DNA from: Squalus acanthias
Lineage: Eukaryota
DNA length: 64,000 nucleotides
Assembly (NCBI GenBank): GCA_030390025.1
Contig: CM059432.1
Span: 133,364,001 to 133,428,000, forward strand
Direction of reading: 5' to 3'
Shown: positions 38,601-52,033 of the stretch, in pieces
Position numbering within the stretch: position 1 is the first letter of the stretch
How the letters are laid out: each line of letters begins with the position of its first letter
The notes under the pieces: generated by a model
Database searches by the model: none
Told to the model about the DNA's origin: nothing
Seen by the model: only the letters and a program-made list of their open reading frames with translations
Made by a program: the position numbers and the translations under genes

Positions 38601-39863
38601 AGGACTAATTGACCAGACCTTTAGTTAAAAGTAGTCCTGCAGTCACTGCATGATCAGTCCTACAGGCCTTTCTGTACTGCACTCACTTCACTCCAAAACA
38701 CTGAGTCAAATCACCCCTGCCTTCGCGACTGTCACTCCCTGTTTTACCCCAACACCAATGGTAATATGTTCCTCTGGCTAACAAATCTTCAGCATTCCAC
38801 AGAAGGTTTAATCAGTTTATTTCAACACTCCACATGTGTGTCTGTGCATCAATATTTGCTTCCCCATTGCTTGCCCTTGGTGATGGTGTTGGCTTGTGTG
38901 TAGTCTACTTCCTAATCTCCTGCTCCTTCTACATACCACCTCAGTAGAAGGAACAAGTATGGCATCATACTGCTGCTGCTCAATGGAGACCCCATGCCTT
39001 GCCGGTGGTGAATGTCCTTCTTTTGCTGGGTCATGAGATGGCCCAACCACTACTGCCCGCACCTCAGCACCTGCACTGGTCAGCTGCCACTGCTGATCCC
39101 CGATCTGCTTCTTCTGCGGGGGGAAGAGGGGTGGGGGTGGTTGGGTCCTCACCCTGAGAAGTGAGGACCTCATCTCGTCCTACTGGACCGCAGCTGCTAT
39201 CTGCTTCTTAAAGCTGACCAGGGATCTGTGTGGGGGCAGGTTGTTGGTCACCATGGAAGATCATGAAACCTGCTGTCAAGCTGCTCCTCTAACCTTGGAA
39301 GATTATAAGTAAGAGTGTAAAAGAGTAAGTTGGAGCCTGGGGTCATGTGAGCAGCAGACACCACGGGCTCGATTTTGCCAGGAGGCGTGTGAAGTGGTAA
39401 AATTGCAAAAAAATGGCGGGCGGGCCTCATCCCGCCTCCGAGCAATTTTCCCAAATGCGTGTTTTCTGACCCCGTTTCCATCCCACCTCCAAGAGGCGGG
39501 ATAGGCCCTTAAGGCCCTTAACAACCAGTTAAGTGCCTCTATAGTCGCATTTTGAGAGGCCTTTCTGATTTATCACTTTTCCCACGTCCTGCACATCTCC
39601 TCTGGAACACGCCAGTGAATCCTGGCGGCCTCACAAGTGGACTGCTTACTAACAGCTGCAGCTCCACCATTAAAAGGAGTTTTCAGCAATCATCATTTGT
39701 AGGTGGCAGAACTTTGTTGTCTCTGGTCTGGGGGAACTTTTAGCAGGCATACCCATTGTTGTGGAAGTTTGGAGCCTGACACCCATCTCCAGTGTGACCT
39801 CCTGGGAAACCCCTCTCGCCACCTTGACTGAGCGCTTCCTCAACTGAGGCATATACCAGAAGC

Positions 39864-40060
39864 ATGGGAACCATTTATTTCCTTTCCTCCTGGACATCAG
39901 ATTCGGACGAAGACCAGCCGTGGCAGCAGCAGAACCATGAACAACAGCACCACCAACAGCAGCAGCAACAACAGGAGCGCCAAGCTGCTGCTCACCCACC
40001 TGAAGCTGCACAGGCCAGAAGGCGCCAGTGCGCGACCACATTGCTGCCCGGGATGCAAGG
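39864..40060 (+). pseudogene. N-terminal stub of Harbinger transposase (inferred)
   Basis: MGTIYFLSSWTSDSDEDQPW-polyQ-RRR lies in the transposase position, convergent with Myb. A homologous stub, MGNIYVLSSWSS*SEEQQP, starts at 44603. Confidence 0.55.
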
Positions 40061-40349
40061 GACGCACTCATCTTGGCCAGATTTGCTTAGCCTGCACAAT
40101 CAAACACTTTTGCCTCGCACCTTCTTAATCAGACCATCGACAATGGCCAAGAACCTATGGTTTCCTATCACTCTGACCACCATACTGACAATTGCAAGTT
40201 GCCCTAAGCCCTCAATGTGGAAGTCCCATTAGTGAAATGACATATGCCACAACTGCTACAGTTTGCCATCAGAATTTTTTATAACAATAAGCAACTGATG
40301 GCTTTTCAAAATTAAACACAACATTACATCCAAGTGACTACCCTTGTGA

Positions 40350-42312
40350 CTACTTGTGCATTATCTTCCTCTTACGCGTGCTCCTACGTGGTGCTTCCCC
40401 TGTGGCTTCAGCAGATGTGGAGGTCCCTTGCTCACTTTCTTGCTGCTCTTGTCTCGACACCTTTGGCGGGCGTCCTCTGGGGTTGCGAACCTGTGAGGGC
40501 TTGGCAACAGTCTGCTGCTCCTGCGGCTGTGCAGGGGTTGAGACGCCGATCTCAGTTGGGTGGGGACTCTGGTGGGGCTCTGACCGAGGGCTCTGCAGTG
40601 GCATGGTCGTGTGAGCGCTTGGAGAGGAGCCCCCACTTCCTTGTTGTATGCCACCAACATCCCTCTCATGGGTCAGCCCCACTTCAGAGCTAGCAAGTGG
40701 CTGAACAGCACCTTGCTGCACTGCAGGGGGGCCATGAGGACCCGTTTCTGCACTGGAAGTCCTACTCCAGAGGACTTGCATGAAGGTCTGGTTTGTTTGC
40801 TCAATAGCTGACCATCGCTTCTGAAGAGAAGTTAGTCTATTCTGAACAATTACCATGTTTTCCATACCCTGGCGACTAAGCTCCTCGATGGACGTAGCCA
40901 GCCTCTCCTCTACGTTAGCCAGCCTTACCATGGAGGTAGCCATCCTTTCCAAGGGGGTTGCCATCCTTTCTGTGGTGATGCGTTCATGCGCCAACGCCTC
41001 CACAAAGGCTCTGCTCATGTTGGCGATGGACTCCTCCATTCGCTCCACAATCGCAGCGACCCTGGAGACAAAACCTGCCAGAGACCCCTGCACCTGTTCC
41101 TGGAGGTCCAGCACCACTCTTCTTCTGGATGGACCCGGAGGCACAGGATCCACATGCAGCGGAGCTGAGCTGGGAGCGTCCTCTCCACTGCAACGAGGAC
41201 TCTCCACTGCTGTCCCTGTCTCCACCATCTGCTGATGCTCACTTGTGAGCTGTGGTACACCAGGTGACAACTCTACTCTATGTCCCGAAGGTCCCACTGA
41301 GGTGTGAGTGTCTGCGCTGGTGCAGGGTGCGCTTAATTCTGCTGATGGAGCACCCTCAGAGGTTGCAGCTTCCTCTGAGGAGTCTGGAAGCTCAGGCTCT
41401 TCCTCCTGGACAGTGGGGACGGGGGCTCTCGATGGTCCTGTGGGGGAGTAAAGGAAAGAGTTAGAGATGTGAGGTAAAGGTTGCATGCACATTGAATTGT
41501 GCAGATGATCATAAGTCAATCTGTTCGAGCATCAGAATCATTATCAGTCACTCATGCAATGTCAGTGAGAGAGATGCCAAACTATTCTGTCACCAGCTTG
41601 CTGTGATGCGCCCGCCTGTCCGTCCCCCACTTGGGAATCCTCCTCGATCCCGGCAATTTCCAGGGCTGCCTCCTTCGAGGTGGTGAGCTGGGCTACTGAG
41701 GGTGGCCCTCCTCCTGTCCTCGCTCTTTCCCTCTTATTGTGGGCTCTCTTTTCCTGCAATGAGGGACACAAGTGGAGTTTGAGTGAGAATGAAGGAGTGA
41801 GTGTAGAGAATTCATAGCATAGATGCTTAGAAGGAGACAAAGGGCCCTCCCTGTGTGTTGTAAGTTGTTGTCATTGCATCACAGTGATAGGGAGTGTGAG
41901 GGCTGCATGGTCGAATAGTTAAGTGAATGTGACCATAGAGAGAGAGGGAATGGGTAAGGGTGCAGGGATGTCAGTGTCAAGTGGGATGTGGAGGAAGAGG
42001 TTGGCAAAGCAGAGTGCTGGTGAGGAGAGGCGATGGGGATGAGATTGAGGGTGATGAGAAAGTCATACTCACTTTTCCTGTGCGGAGAAGGTCATGAAAC
42101 CTCTTCCTGCATTGCAGCCAGGTTCTGCGGCACATAGAGATGGCATTGACCTCCTGGGCCACTTGCAACCACACAGCTTTAGTCTGTTGTGGTGGCTTTT
42201 TTCTACCTGAGGAAGGGAAGAGCACCTCCTTATTAGATCTTGCTCCCTCCACCAGAGCTTGGAGGGAGGGCTCATCAAAGCGAGGTGCACACTTTTGCTT
42301 GCTGCTGGACAT
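40350..42312 (-). CDS. Intact Harbinger Myb/SANT-like protein, 3 exons (42312-42073, 41753-41594, 41437-40350), 495 aa
   Basis: APRFDEPSLQALV...W.QVA.EVN....RTWLQCRKRFHDL. The GT-AG introns (phases 0 and 1) join in frame with no stops. Heptad-like middle region and basic C-terminus PRRSTRKRK. Confidence 0.85.
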
Positions 42313-42599
42313 GGTCAGTAAATGAAGTCCTTCATACAATGTTCAAAGTATTTCCAGTCTCCAGAAGAAGCAAGGCTGCTTGCAGGCTTAAATCCAGCAG
42401 CACTGATGATGTCATCGGAGCTGACTTTCAGGATGGAAAGACTAATTGGGCCAGGGGTTCCCACACTCTGAAAATCAAGTGCCCAATTTGGGGGGGAAAA
42501 AATCGCACTTTTTTCCCACTTCACATCGGAGTCGGGGTCCTGACACGAAAACCACCTGACACGCCCCAGCCCACCCCCAATGGCAAAATCGAGCCCCAC

Positions 42600-43430
42600 A
42601 TTGCCGAACATCCGCACTTGGATCCTCTAACCTCGGGGACTCCTCTGCAGGACGTTCTGAAGTTGCCGCACATCCCATGATTGCTGAGAACCTTCTTGCA
42701 TATCTACACAAATATCAGAACAGCAATGTTGTATGGTTTCCAAAATTTCACAGAGGGAACGCATGAGCAGCTCTTGCTGATGAATCAGTGCAGTTTAGAG
42801 TATAGTGCTTATAAGGTAAGAATCCATGGTTCTGACAGCAGCTGCCCAACTGGCCCTAACTTTCCCTGTTGCTGCTCTTTCCCCTCTGCCACCCCCTCCA
42901 CTCGCTCCTCCTCACTGCTGTTCTGTGCTTCACCTGATGCTCCCTCCTGACTCCCCATATCTAATTCCTCTGAAGTGAATGTATCTATAGGGTCTGGAGT
43001 GCTCAATGGCTGCTGAAATGTTGAACCTGCTTCCTCTTTCTCTCCCTCCCAGACGCCAGCATTTTCATCTTGGGAGACTCCTACACAAAGCGAAAGGGTA
43101 CATATGTTAGCAGGTTATATGCAACCAATGACTGCACAGTAGCAAGGCCAAAGCTGTGCCTTGCAGTAGCAGGGCACATGTGGCTCCTTGTTTGTCCCTA
43201 TTTGAGTGTTCGGTGCTAGTAAGTAAGCACCATTAACTTGTTGGAAAGCATGAAGACACCAAGCCCTCCGTAACCCACTGACTCAACGGCCTCCACTCCA
43301 AATCTACAGCGTGCCTGCTCCTTGTAGAGGCTGAGGTCTCATGAGCTGCCACCCTCTGTTGATGGTTTTGCACAGCCTTCTCTTTTGAAAAGAGAACAAA
43401 GAGACCCTTTTGAGCGTTAGAAGCTAACTG
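42600..43430 (-). pseudogene. Degenerate Myb gene of the old host Harbinger (continues at ~38930-39364)
   Basis: Exon-2-like EKAVQNHQQRV and an acidic exon 3 after TTTGTGTAG. A C-terminal STEVVCRRSRRLG lies on the other side of the inserted element. Confidence 0.55.
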
Positions 43431-44074
43431 GAAATGCACTGCAATAATCCATGCTAGTATATTACCCCCAATCTCATGAGCCCTAATTTTGTTTAATAAC
43501 CTCTTGTGTGGCACCTTATCGAATGCCTTCTGAAAATCCAAATACATCACATCCACTGGTTCCCCCTTATCTATTCTGCTAGGTACAACCTCAAAAAACT
43601 AATAGATTTGTCAAACATTATTTCCCTTTCATAAATCTGTGTTGACTCTGCCCAATCCTATTATTATTTTCTAAGTGCCCTGTTACCACTTCCTTAATAA
43701 TAGATTCTAGCATTTTCCCTACTACTGATGCCAGGCTAACTGCTCTGTAGTTCCCCATTTTCTCTCTTCCTCCTTTCTTAAATAGTGGGGTTACATTTGC
43801 TACCTTTCAATCCGCGGGAACTGTTCTAGAATCTATGGAATTTTGGAAAATGACAACCAATGCATCCACTATCTCTATAGCCACCTCTTTCAAAACCCTA
43901 GGATGTAGGCCATCAGGTCCAGGGGATTTATTGTCTTTCAGTCCCATTAATTTCTCCACTACTATTTTTTTTACTAATACTAATTTCTTTCAGTTCCTCA
44001 TTCTCGCTAGACCCTTGGTTCTCCACTATTTCCGGGAAGGTTTTTGCGTCTTCTTCCTTGAAGACAGACGCAAA

Positions 44075-47000
44075 GGACTCGATTTTAATAGCCCTGAGGA
44101 GGCGGGTCTGGAGCGTAAAATCGGAAAAAATGGCTTCATACTGCCAACCCGCCTCCATCCCACCCCCACGCGATTTTCGTGAGTGTCGGGTCAGCCACTC
44201 CCAAACTGACCCAACTGGAACCGGTGGGACTGGTAGTTAAGGCAGTTAAGAGCCTGTTAAATGCCTTGCTAATCCTATTTTGATAGTGGTTTCCCATTTT
44301 CGTGCTTCTGGCTCCTGTTTCCCATCTTGTCAGAAACAGGCCAGCTTCAAGGAGATGAGTTGCTGGAGGACATGATTTGTATTCATTGGTGGAGCACTTT
44401 AAAAGCACCCCTGAAACATGGCTAACATTCAAATACAACAACTTTACTGTTGTAGGTTTGGGATAAGATTTTGCACATCTACTGACCTTGTGACTGTTCA
44501 AGCTGACACCCACCTGCAGTGTGACCTGAATGGAATAATTTCAGGCCACTTCAACTGTGCGCTTGCAAGCTTGTTGCCTCAAATGAAATCTATAGCAAGG
44601 GGATGGGAAACATTTATGTCCTCTCATCCTGGTCCTCATAATCGGAGGAGCAGCAGCCGCGTGGCTCAGCACAGATCTTCCTGGGAAGAGGAGGGGGAGG
44701 AGGACGAGGGGAGCCTTGCATGCCCTGTTATGACCAATGCAGCATCCCTCCAGTTCACTGCTGCCCGTCAAGCAGGGTATGCACACTGCCATGCCACACT
44801 GCCATAAGCTTACTCTTCAGCCATAGGTGGCTACCATATGGCTCTGTAGTTGTAGGCGACATTTGTCTAACGTAATACGTCATCTCTGCTATACCCGGTT
44901 ATTTTCTATCACTTTCACCATCAGCATTACAAAAGCAAGTCGCCCTGAGCCTTCAATGCACATTTGCCATTTCCCAGAACACATAGGCCACACAATCAAC
45001 TGTTTGCCATAATTTTTCTTTACCATGTGACAAAAGGATCACAAACCAAGAACAGTCAGAAAAAAAAGGCAAAACACCCAAGTGAGTCCCCTTGTGACTA
45101 TATGTGCTTAATCTTTCTCTTATGCGTGTTTCTACGTGGTGCTACCCCTGTGGCTTCAGCAGATGTAGAGGCACCTTGCTGACTAGGATGCTGCGCCTGC
45201 TTATATGCCTTTGGCAGGAATGCTCTGGGTTTGGGAGCCTGGGAGGGCTCTTCAACAGTCTGCTCTTCCTGCGGCTGTGCAGGGGCTGAAACAGCCATCT
45301 CAGTTGTCTCTGCAAAGTGGGTCTTTGACCGAGGGCTCCGCAGTGGCGTGGTCATGTGAGCGCTTGGAGAGGAACCCACACTTCCTTGTGTCCTGCCAAC
45401 AACATCCCTCTCATGGGTCAGCCACACCTCAGTGCTGGCAAGTGGCTGGAGAGCACCTTGCTGCACATCAGGGGGGGCCTTGAGGACCCGTATCTGCACT
45501 GGTAGTCCTCATCACAAGGACGTCCATGAAGCTCTGGTCTCTCTGCTCAATAGCTGCCCATCTCTCCTCCAGAGGTGACAATCTATTTTAAACAGTCACC
45601 ATGTTTTCCTGACTCTGGTAGCCATCCTATCCATGGTGGTTGCCATCCTATCCATGGAGGTGCGTTCATGCACCATTGCCTCCACCACGGCAGTGCTGAT
45701 GTTACAGATGGACTCCTCCATTCTATCCACACTCACACTAACCCTGGAGGCAAACCCTTCCTGCACTTTTTCCTGTATTTCCCAAACCACTCTTTTTCTG
45801 GATGGCCCCAGGGGCACAGTGTCTGCATGCAGCTCAGCAGAGCTAGGAGATTGCTGCGACCTCCGCCGAGGACTCTCCACTGCTGTCGCTGTCTCCACCA
45901 TCTACTGATGCTCACTTGTGCGCTGTGATAGACCAGGTGGCTACACTACTCTAACTCGCGAGGGCCCCACCAAGGTGTGCATTGCTGCGCTGGTGCTGGG
46001 TGCACTGAGTCTTGGTGACGCTGCTCCCTCAGGGGCTTCAGGTTCCTCTGAGGAGTCGTCTGGCTCTTTGTCCTGGATCTGTGGGGAGCAGGCGCTCGAT
46101 GGTCCTGTGGGAGAGTAAAGGCATGATTTAGACATCTGATATTGATGTAGCAGACACATCCTTTTGTGCAAATGATACAACGCGATTCTCTATGAACATC
46201 ATATGCCATTGCAGTCAATCAGTAAATGTCAATATGAGAGGAATGAAACTCTATTATGTCACCAGCTTCCTCTAGTGTGCCCGTCTCTTCATCGCCCACT
46301 TGCAGATCCTCGCCACCGCCAAAAAGTTTGTGTGCAGCCTACTCAGCACTTGTCAAGGTTGCTAGGGTTGGTGTGCCTCCTCCAGTCAGTGCTCTCTCCC
46401 TCTTATTGTGGGCTATCTTTTCCTGCAAGGACGGACACAAGCGGTGTTTCAGCCACAGTGATGGAGTGAGTGTGAAGAATCCCTACCATAGAAGCTTTGA
46501 GGGAGATGAAGATGGGGTGAGGTGCCAAGAGGAAGCTAGCTCCCTGTGCGTTGTTAGTTGTTGTCACTGCATGACAGTGAGAGCGAGTCTAAGGGGTGCA
46601 TAGGCAGGATGCTGAAGTGATTCAGTGCAGAGACAGAGATGGATAGGTAAGGGTGCAAGGGAAGTAAGGGTAAGGTGGTATGTGGAGGAGCAGGCTTACA
46701 ACACAGAGTGCTGGCGATGAGAAGAGAAGGGAAGCAGATTGAAGGTAAGTGTGATGGGACACTCACTTTTGATGTTCGCACAAGATCATTAAACCGTTTC
46801 CTGCACTGGATCCAGGAGCGTGAACAAATGGACCTTGCACTGACCTCCTCAGAAATGCACAGCCAGGCTGCCTTGGTCTGTTGAGGAGGCTTCCTCCAGC
46901 CTTCTGGAGGGAAGAGAATCTCCCTGCGCCCTCTTACAGCATCGACAAGAGCATGGAGGGACTCATCATTAAATCGAGGAGCTGCCTTACCTCTGGAAGA

Positions 47001-47248
47001 AGTCATTGTGGTTGGAGCAAAATCACTGACTATCAGAATGCAGAAGAGAAAGGCTTAGGCTGAATGGGAGCTTTAAAACTAGCTGCTATGATGACGTCAT
47101 CAGAGGCGGCCAGCCAACCCGATCCCACTCACTGGACCAGCCAGCGAGCCCCAATGAACTCAACAAGCTGATCCCGCCGGAAGCAGCTCCGGAACCCACC
47201 CACCACGCAACCCGACTCCAACCCGCCTCAGGAATTAAAATCAAGCCC
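44075..47248. mobile_element. Second transposase-less (Myb-only) Harbinger, inserted in CR1
   Basis: TIRs GGACTCGATTTTAAT / ATTAAAATCAAGCCC. TSD AAA (44072-44074, 47249-47251); removing the element and one TSD copy restores the CR1 frame KYFASVF. Confidence 0.92.
45098..47006 (-). pseudogene. Harbinger Myb/SANT-like gene, 3 exons (47006-46767, 46422-46263, ~46104-45098), with stops and a frameshift
   Basis: Paralog of 40350-42312 with identical exon 1 and 2 lengths (240 and 160 nt). TAG in exon 2 and at 45941. Confidence 0.85.
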
Positions 47249-50200
47249 AAAGTATTTGTTTAATTTCTCTGCCATTTCCTTATTCCCCATTATAATTTCT
47301 CCTGTCTCAGCCTATAAGGGACCCACATTTACTTTTGCTAATCTTTTCCTTTTTACATACCTACAGAAGCTTTTACAGTCTTTTTATGTCTCTCGCTAGC
47401 TTACTCTCATATTCTATTTTCCCTTTCTTTATCAATTTCTTGGTCCTCCTTTGCTGAATTCTAAAAAGCTCCCAATCCTCAGGCTTACTACTCTTTTTGG
47501 CAACATTATAAGCCTCTTCCTTTGATCTAATTCTATCTTTAACTTCTCTTGTTAGCCACGGTTGGACCACTTTTCTTGTGGGGTTTTTGTGTCTTAAAGG
47601 AATGTATATTTGTTGTAAATTATGTATTCATTCTTTAAATGCTAGCCATTGCTTGTCTACCGTCATACCTTTTAATGTAGTTTCCCAATCTACCTTAGCC
47701 AACTCGCCCCTCATACCTACGTAGTTTGCTTTGTTTAGATTTAAGACCCTAGTTTCAGATTTAACTAAATCACTTCCAAACTGAATATAAAATTCTATCA
47801 TATTATGGTCACTCTTCCCTAAAAGCCCCTTTACTACAAGGTTATTAATTAACCATTTCTCATTGCACAATACTAGATCTAAAATAGATTGTTCCCTAGT
47901 TGGTTCCTCAACATACTGATCTAGAAAACTATCTTGCATATATTCTATGAATTCGTCCTCCACACTATTACTGCAAATTTGGTTTGCCCAGACTATATGT
48001 AGATTAAAGTCCCCCATGATTAATATATTACTCTTGTTGCATGTGCCTCTAATTTCCTGATTTATACTCTGCCCTACATTACAACTACTGTTTGGGGGCT
48101 TATTAACAACTCCCACCAATGTTTTCTGCCCCTTGCTGTTTCTTAGCTCCACCCAAACTGATTCTACTACTTGATTTTCGGAGCTAAGATCCTGTCTCGC
48201 TACTGTCTTTATCCCATCCTTTATTATCAGGGCTACCCCTCCTCTTTTTCTATTTTGACTATCTCTTCTAAAAGTTAAGTATTGTGACGCACAAGTTAGC
48301 ACAAATTATGTGGGACTGGCTGGATGGACCAGAAGGTCTTTTCCTGTCGGTCATAATTCGTATGTTCGTAAATGAACCTACATATAGACGCATACCAAGT
48401 GGTGACATTTTGCGTCAAATCCAGAGGGACGATTCAGCAGTCCTGTGTGCCAGGAAAACTGGTGCACAACTGCCAGAGAAGCACTGAATCGAGAGAACAG
48501 ACCCTGTGCCAATTTCTTTCAAGCTTGCAATTCAATGTTGTTCTATGCTTAGTGAATTGCGTGTATTTGATGCATGAGCCTAGTTAAGGCCCCAAATTTG
48601 ATGCAAAATATGTAAATAAACACCTGGCATAATTCAGCAGTATTTCTGCTGGATGCATTGATTTCTTTTTCCTTGTGTGCTCGTTTTGTATGAATGGGAG
48701 CAAGGGAACCCATTAAATTGCCTTTGTACGTAGTTTTCGTAACGCTTACAGTACCCGTTTTTTATATTTACCCCTCAACCCACATTGCAAAAAGATTATC
48801 TGGTTATTTCCATTGCTGTTTTTGGGACATTGTGCGAAAGTTGGCTGCTGCAGTTGCTTACATTAAATGCTCACCGTTTCAATTTTTGTTTATTGCTTGC
48901 GATTTTTTTCACATTTCTGAAGTTTTTATTAATATTTATTTTTCTGCAACATCTTTGGGAGCCATTTTCTTTAACTCACGAAGGTAAGAATGTTTTTTTT
49001 GTGGTTGAGCTGATAGAGGGTGAAAGGCACGCCACAGGGATCAGCAGGCCCCCCACCGTAGCTACAGAGCTTGATGCACCCATCTGCCATTCAGCAGTGT
49101 CAACACTGAGAGCTGTTCCTCACGGTGAGTGGCTGACCTGCGGAATGAATCAGCCCTACTGGTTCTGAGTCTGTTACTCTGGGCCAGAATTTGCTGTCAA
49201 ACTAACGGCGAGGCTAATGGCGCTCGCCATTATTTCTGCGCAAATGGTGCAGCAACTTCAGACGAGAGGCAGATGCGCAGTTAAACGTGGATTTTCAGCA
49301 CTTGCTGCCCAAGCTGCTCATGCCCCGCCGTTAGCTTTGCGAAAATGGCATCTCGCTGTCTGGCTCACCATTGCAATGCACTGAACGGCGTGAAGTTGCT
49401 GTATTTGCGCAGCAGGTATGAACTAAACTCGCCACAGGAAGTTAGGTCTGGCCCGTTCCAGTCTACGTACCCTTTCAACGATCTGATGAGTGTGGTTCAC
49501 TGCCAGTCAACCTCTCTGGCCTGCCGCTTTTCCTGGCCATTGACCCCATTTAAAATGAGGGCGGACAACATGCTCGTGCAGGGGCGCAAGAGGGACGCCC
49601 ATCCCATGGTGTCACTTGGAAAATTGGAGTGGCAACACGAGGGGAAGCAAACCCTAGGCCTCACCAGGAAGTTGCAAGGGAGCCGTGGGCCAGTGTTCAG
49701 AAAGTGGACTCACACCCCCTCGCCTCCCACAAACAGGGACGAAACCCGCTAGATCTTGCTCCTGCCCCAAGTTATACACCCCACTCCGGGGTCATGCCAC
49801 CTTTTCACTCTCCCTTGCCTCCAAACCTCAGGTCTTCACTATTTTATGCCCATGGCATTAAAACTTAGGCGAGGTAACAAAGAGGTGAAAGTTGTGGGGG
49901 GTGGGGGAAGAAATTAAGCAAAGCAAAAACATCTTTTAAAAAGATTTACATTCCCACCAGTAGACTAGAATGGACAGAAATCTGGCCAATTATGACAAAA
50001 GTCACCATAACTGTTGCACATAGCTGTGATGACGTCTACCTCCCAACTAACAAACAGTTTCCTATGGTTACAGTTTTATAGTTGAAGGACGTGCAGGTCA
50101 GTGAGGTATAAGAATAGATTTTATACATATATTTAAACTTGAAGTATTCAACAAATCTTGACTTATAATTGATGAACAGCAAGTCACAAAGATATACACA

Positions 50201-52033
50201 TTTTAATTATGGTTTAAACTAGGAAGCGAATGGAAACAGGTGCTTGCTAGTTACAGGTGGTGACAAGACTTCACGTATATGAACCTATTTATCAAAGCTG
50301 ACAAACAGACTGACTTATTTCTCCGTCAAAACCCAGAAGGACCGGGAACATACAGCATTACAGCTAATTCATCACCAAAATTCCTCGGCTAATTTTAGAT
50401 CTGGCATGTCAGGCGAAGAATTGGAGTTTTAAGTGGGAAAAGAAAGATGTTCACAAGCACCTAGCTTAGAATCCCCTGAGTTCTCATAATGTTCATCACT
50501 TTTTTTTTTCAGTCAATTTGCTTCTACAGGCAAAGTTACCAAGCGAAATGTTTCTCAGGCCCCCAGGGAGGAAGTGACAGAAGGTTTGCTTTATTTACCT
50601 TAGCAGCCATACCGTGTCATCTGTTTAATCATGTGGCTAATCGACAACATCATGTATCCTCTCATACTGCGCTCAACAATAAATACTCATTCATATTTAA
50701 TACAATGGAGTGTTTAAACCATCCCGTGCTGGATCCAGCTCTCGATAAGATATTGCCTTCCCTTTTGTTGGGGGATCCTCTGGAGATTTCGAGTGGGCAT
50801 ATGTTCCGATTGCTGCGATTGAAAGCAGGCTGCTGCCACAGCTGGGCTGGGGAACTGGGGAGGAGAGGGGTGGGGAAGGATGAGGAGCAATATCTCAGTT
50901 GATTAAATCGTGACTTCAGTCTTATCGTTTGAATGTACCCGACTAAAATGCCTCATAATTTGTAACAAAGTGCAAAGAGACGATTTCCAGTCGGCAGATG
51001 TCAGCAAGTTACGAAATGATAGATACCTTTCGCATGCTGCCTTTGGACGAAGCAATGCCAGATTTCTGAGAGCCTGGCTACAGCTGCTTTTATACTGTTC
51101 TTCTAATTCAGATTCCAGGTGCCCCCGATACCCGTGAGGCGGCTCCCACTGTTTCTGATGTTAAATCTGTTTTCCATAGCCCGGTGGCAGACTTGTAGAC
51201 CCCAGTACGACTGGGTCCATGGGATAGATTTTACAACTGGGCTGCTGGCAGGGAATCCAGCCGGCATGACCATTAACATGAACGGCCGTAAACCCGTGGG
51301 CAGTGCACGCCGAAATATCTGGCCTGTGCTGCCAACGTATCACAAATGGACATGGGTCACACCTCAAAAGTGTGGGGCATGGGGAAAAAATGTATTGGCT
51401 GAAGTGACCACTGACTCTTAAACTAATGATACGGATTGGTTCACACTGTTAATCAATGGGATATAGCAGCCAGGATATTTCAGCCAATCAAAAACCAGAG
51501 AGATAGGAACTAGTTAGCAAAGAGCAAAACCACCCAATCAAATTGTTCAAACTGTTTCATCCCAAACAATCTGGTGTATCAACCAGCATAAGGTGAAACA
51601 ATCAAATTGCTCAAACAATTGTCTTTTCTACTTCATTCAGGTCAGTAAATATACTTTAAGCATAACAAATAACTAGCACAAAAAATGATACAGTTCTGGA
51701 AAAAAAACAAATTTATCTATAAAATTACCAATTTAACGTTATGAATACTTGCTGGGAATTTGTCTCTTACAGGCCTGTTCCCCTCTGTGTTTTGGGACTT
51801 GAGTTCTGATTCTGTCCCCGGGCTGGAAATTTCACTTGGGTGATGGTTGGGGGGGGGGGGGGGGTGGGGGGGGTGATGGGGCGGAGGGGGGAGTAAGGGT
51901 TTGAGGAATCCCACTTGGCAAAGTGGGATACGTTATAGGAAGTGTCATTTTCCTCTTGCTTCTGTGGAGTTGCCATACCTGGAGCGCAACACAACATGAC
52001 AAACAGGTGGAAAGTTTTAGTGTAAAACACTGT

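Larger units (their letters stand above)
39365..42596. mobile_element. Transposase-less (Myb-only) Harbinger element
   Basis: Perfect 16-bp TIR GGGCTCGATTTTGCCA / TGGCAAAATCGAGCCC and TSD CAC (39362-39364, 42597-42599). Confidence 0.93.
43445..48283 (-). mobile_element. CR1 LINE ORF2 fragment (APE endonuclease to RT), interrupted by Harbinger 44075-47248
   Basis: RRD...GGVALII...ESVWVEL...MGDFN...PTREQSILDLVL...SDHN, then EMAEKLNKYF|ASVF, SPGPDGLHPRVLKEV and DVMYLDFQKAFDKVPHKRLL. Confidence 0.93.

Noticed and set aside
50530..50583. Possible 54-nt plus-strand exon (and another after the AG at ~52684)
   Set aside because: Weak donors and unrecognisable peptides; cannot be supported without transcript data.
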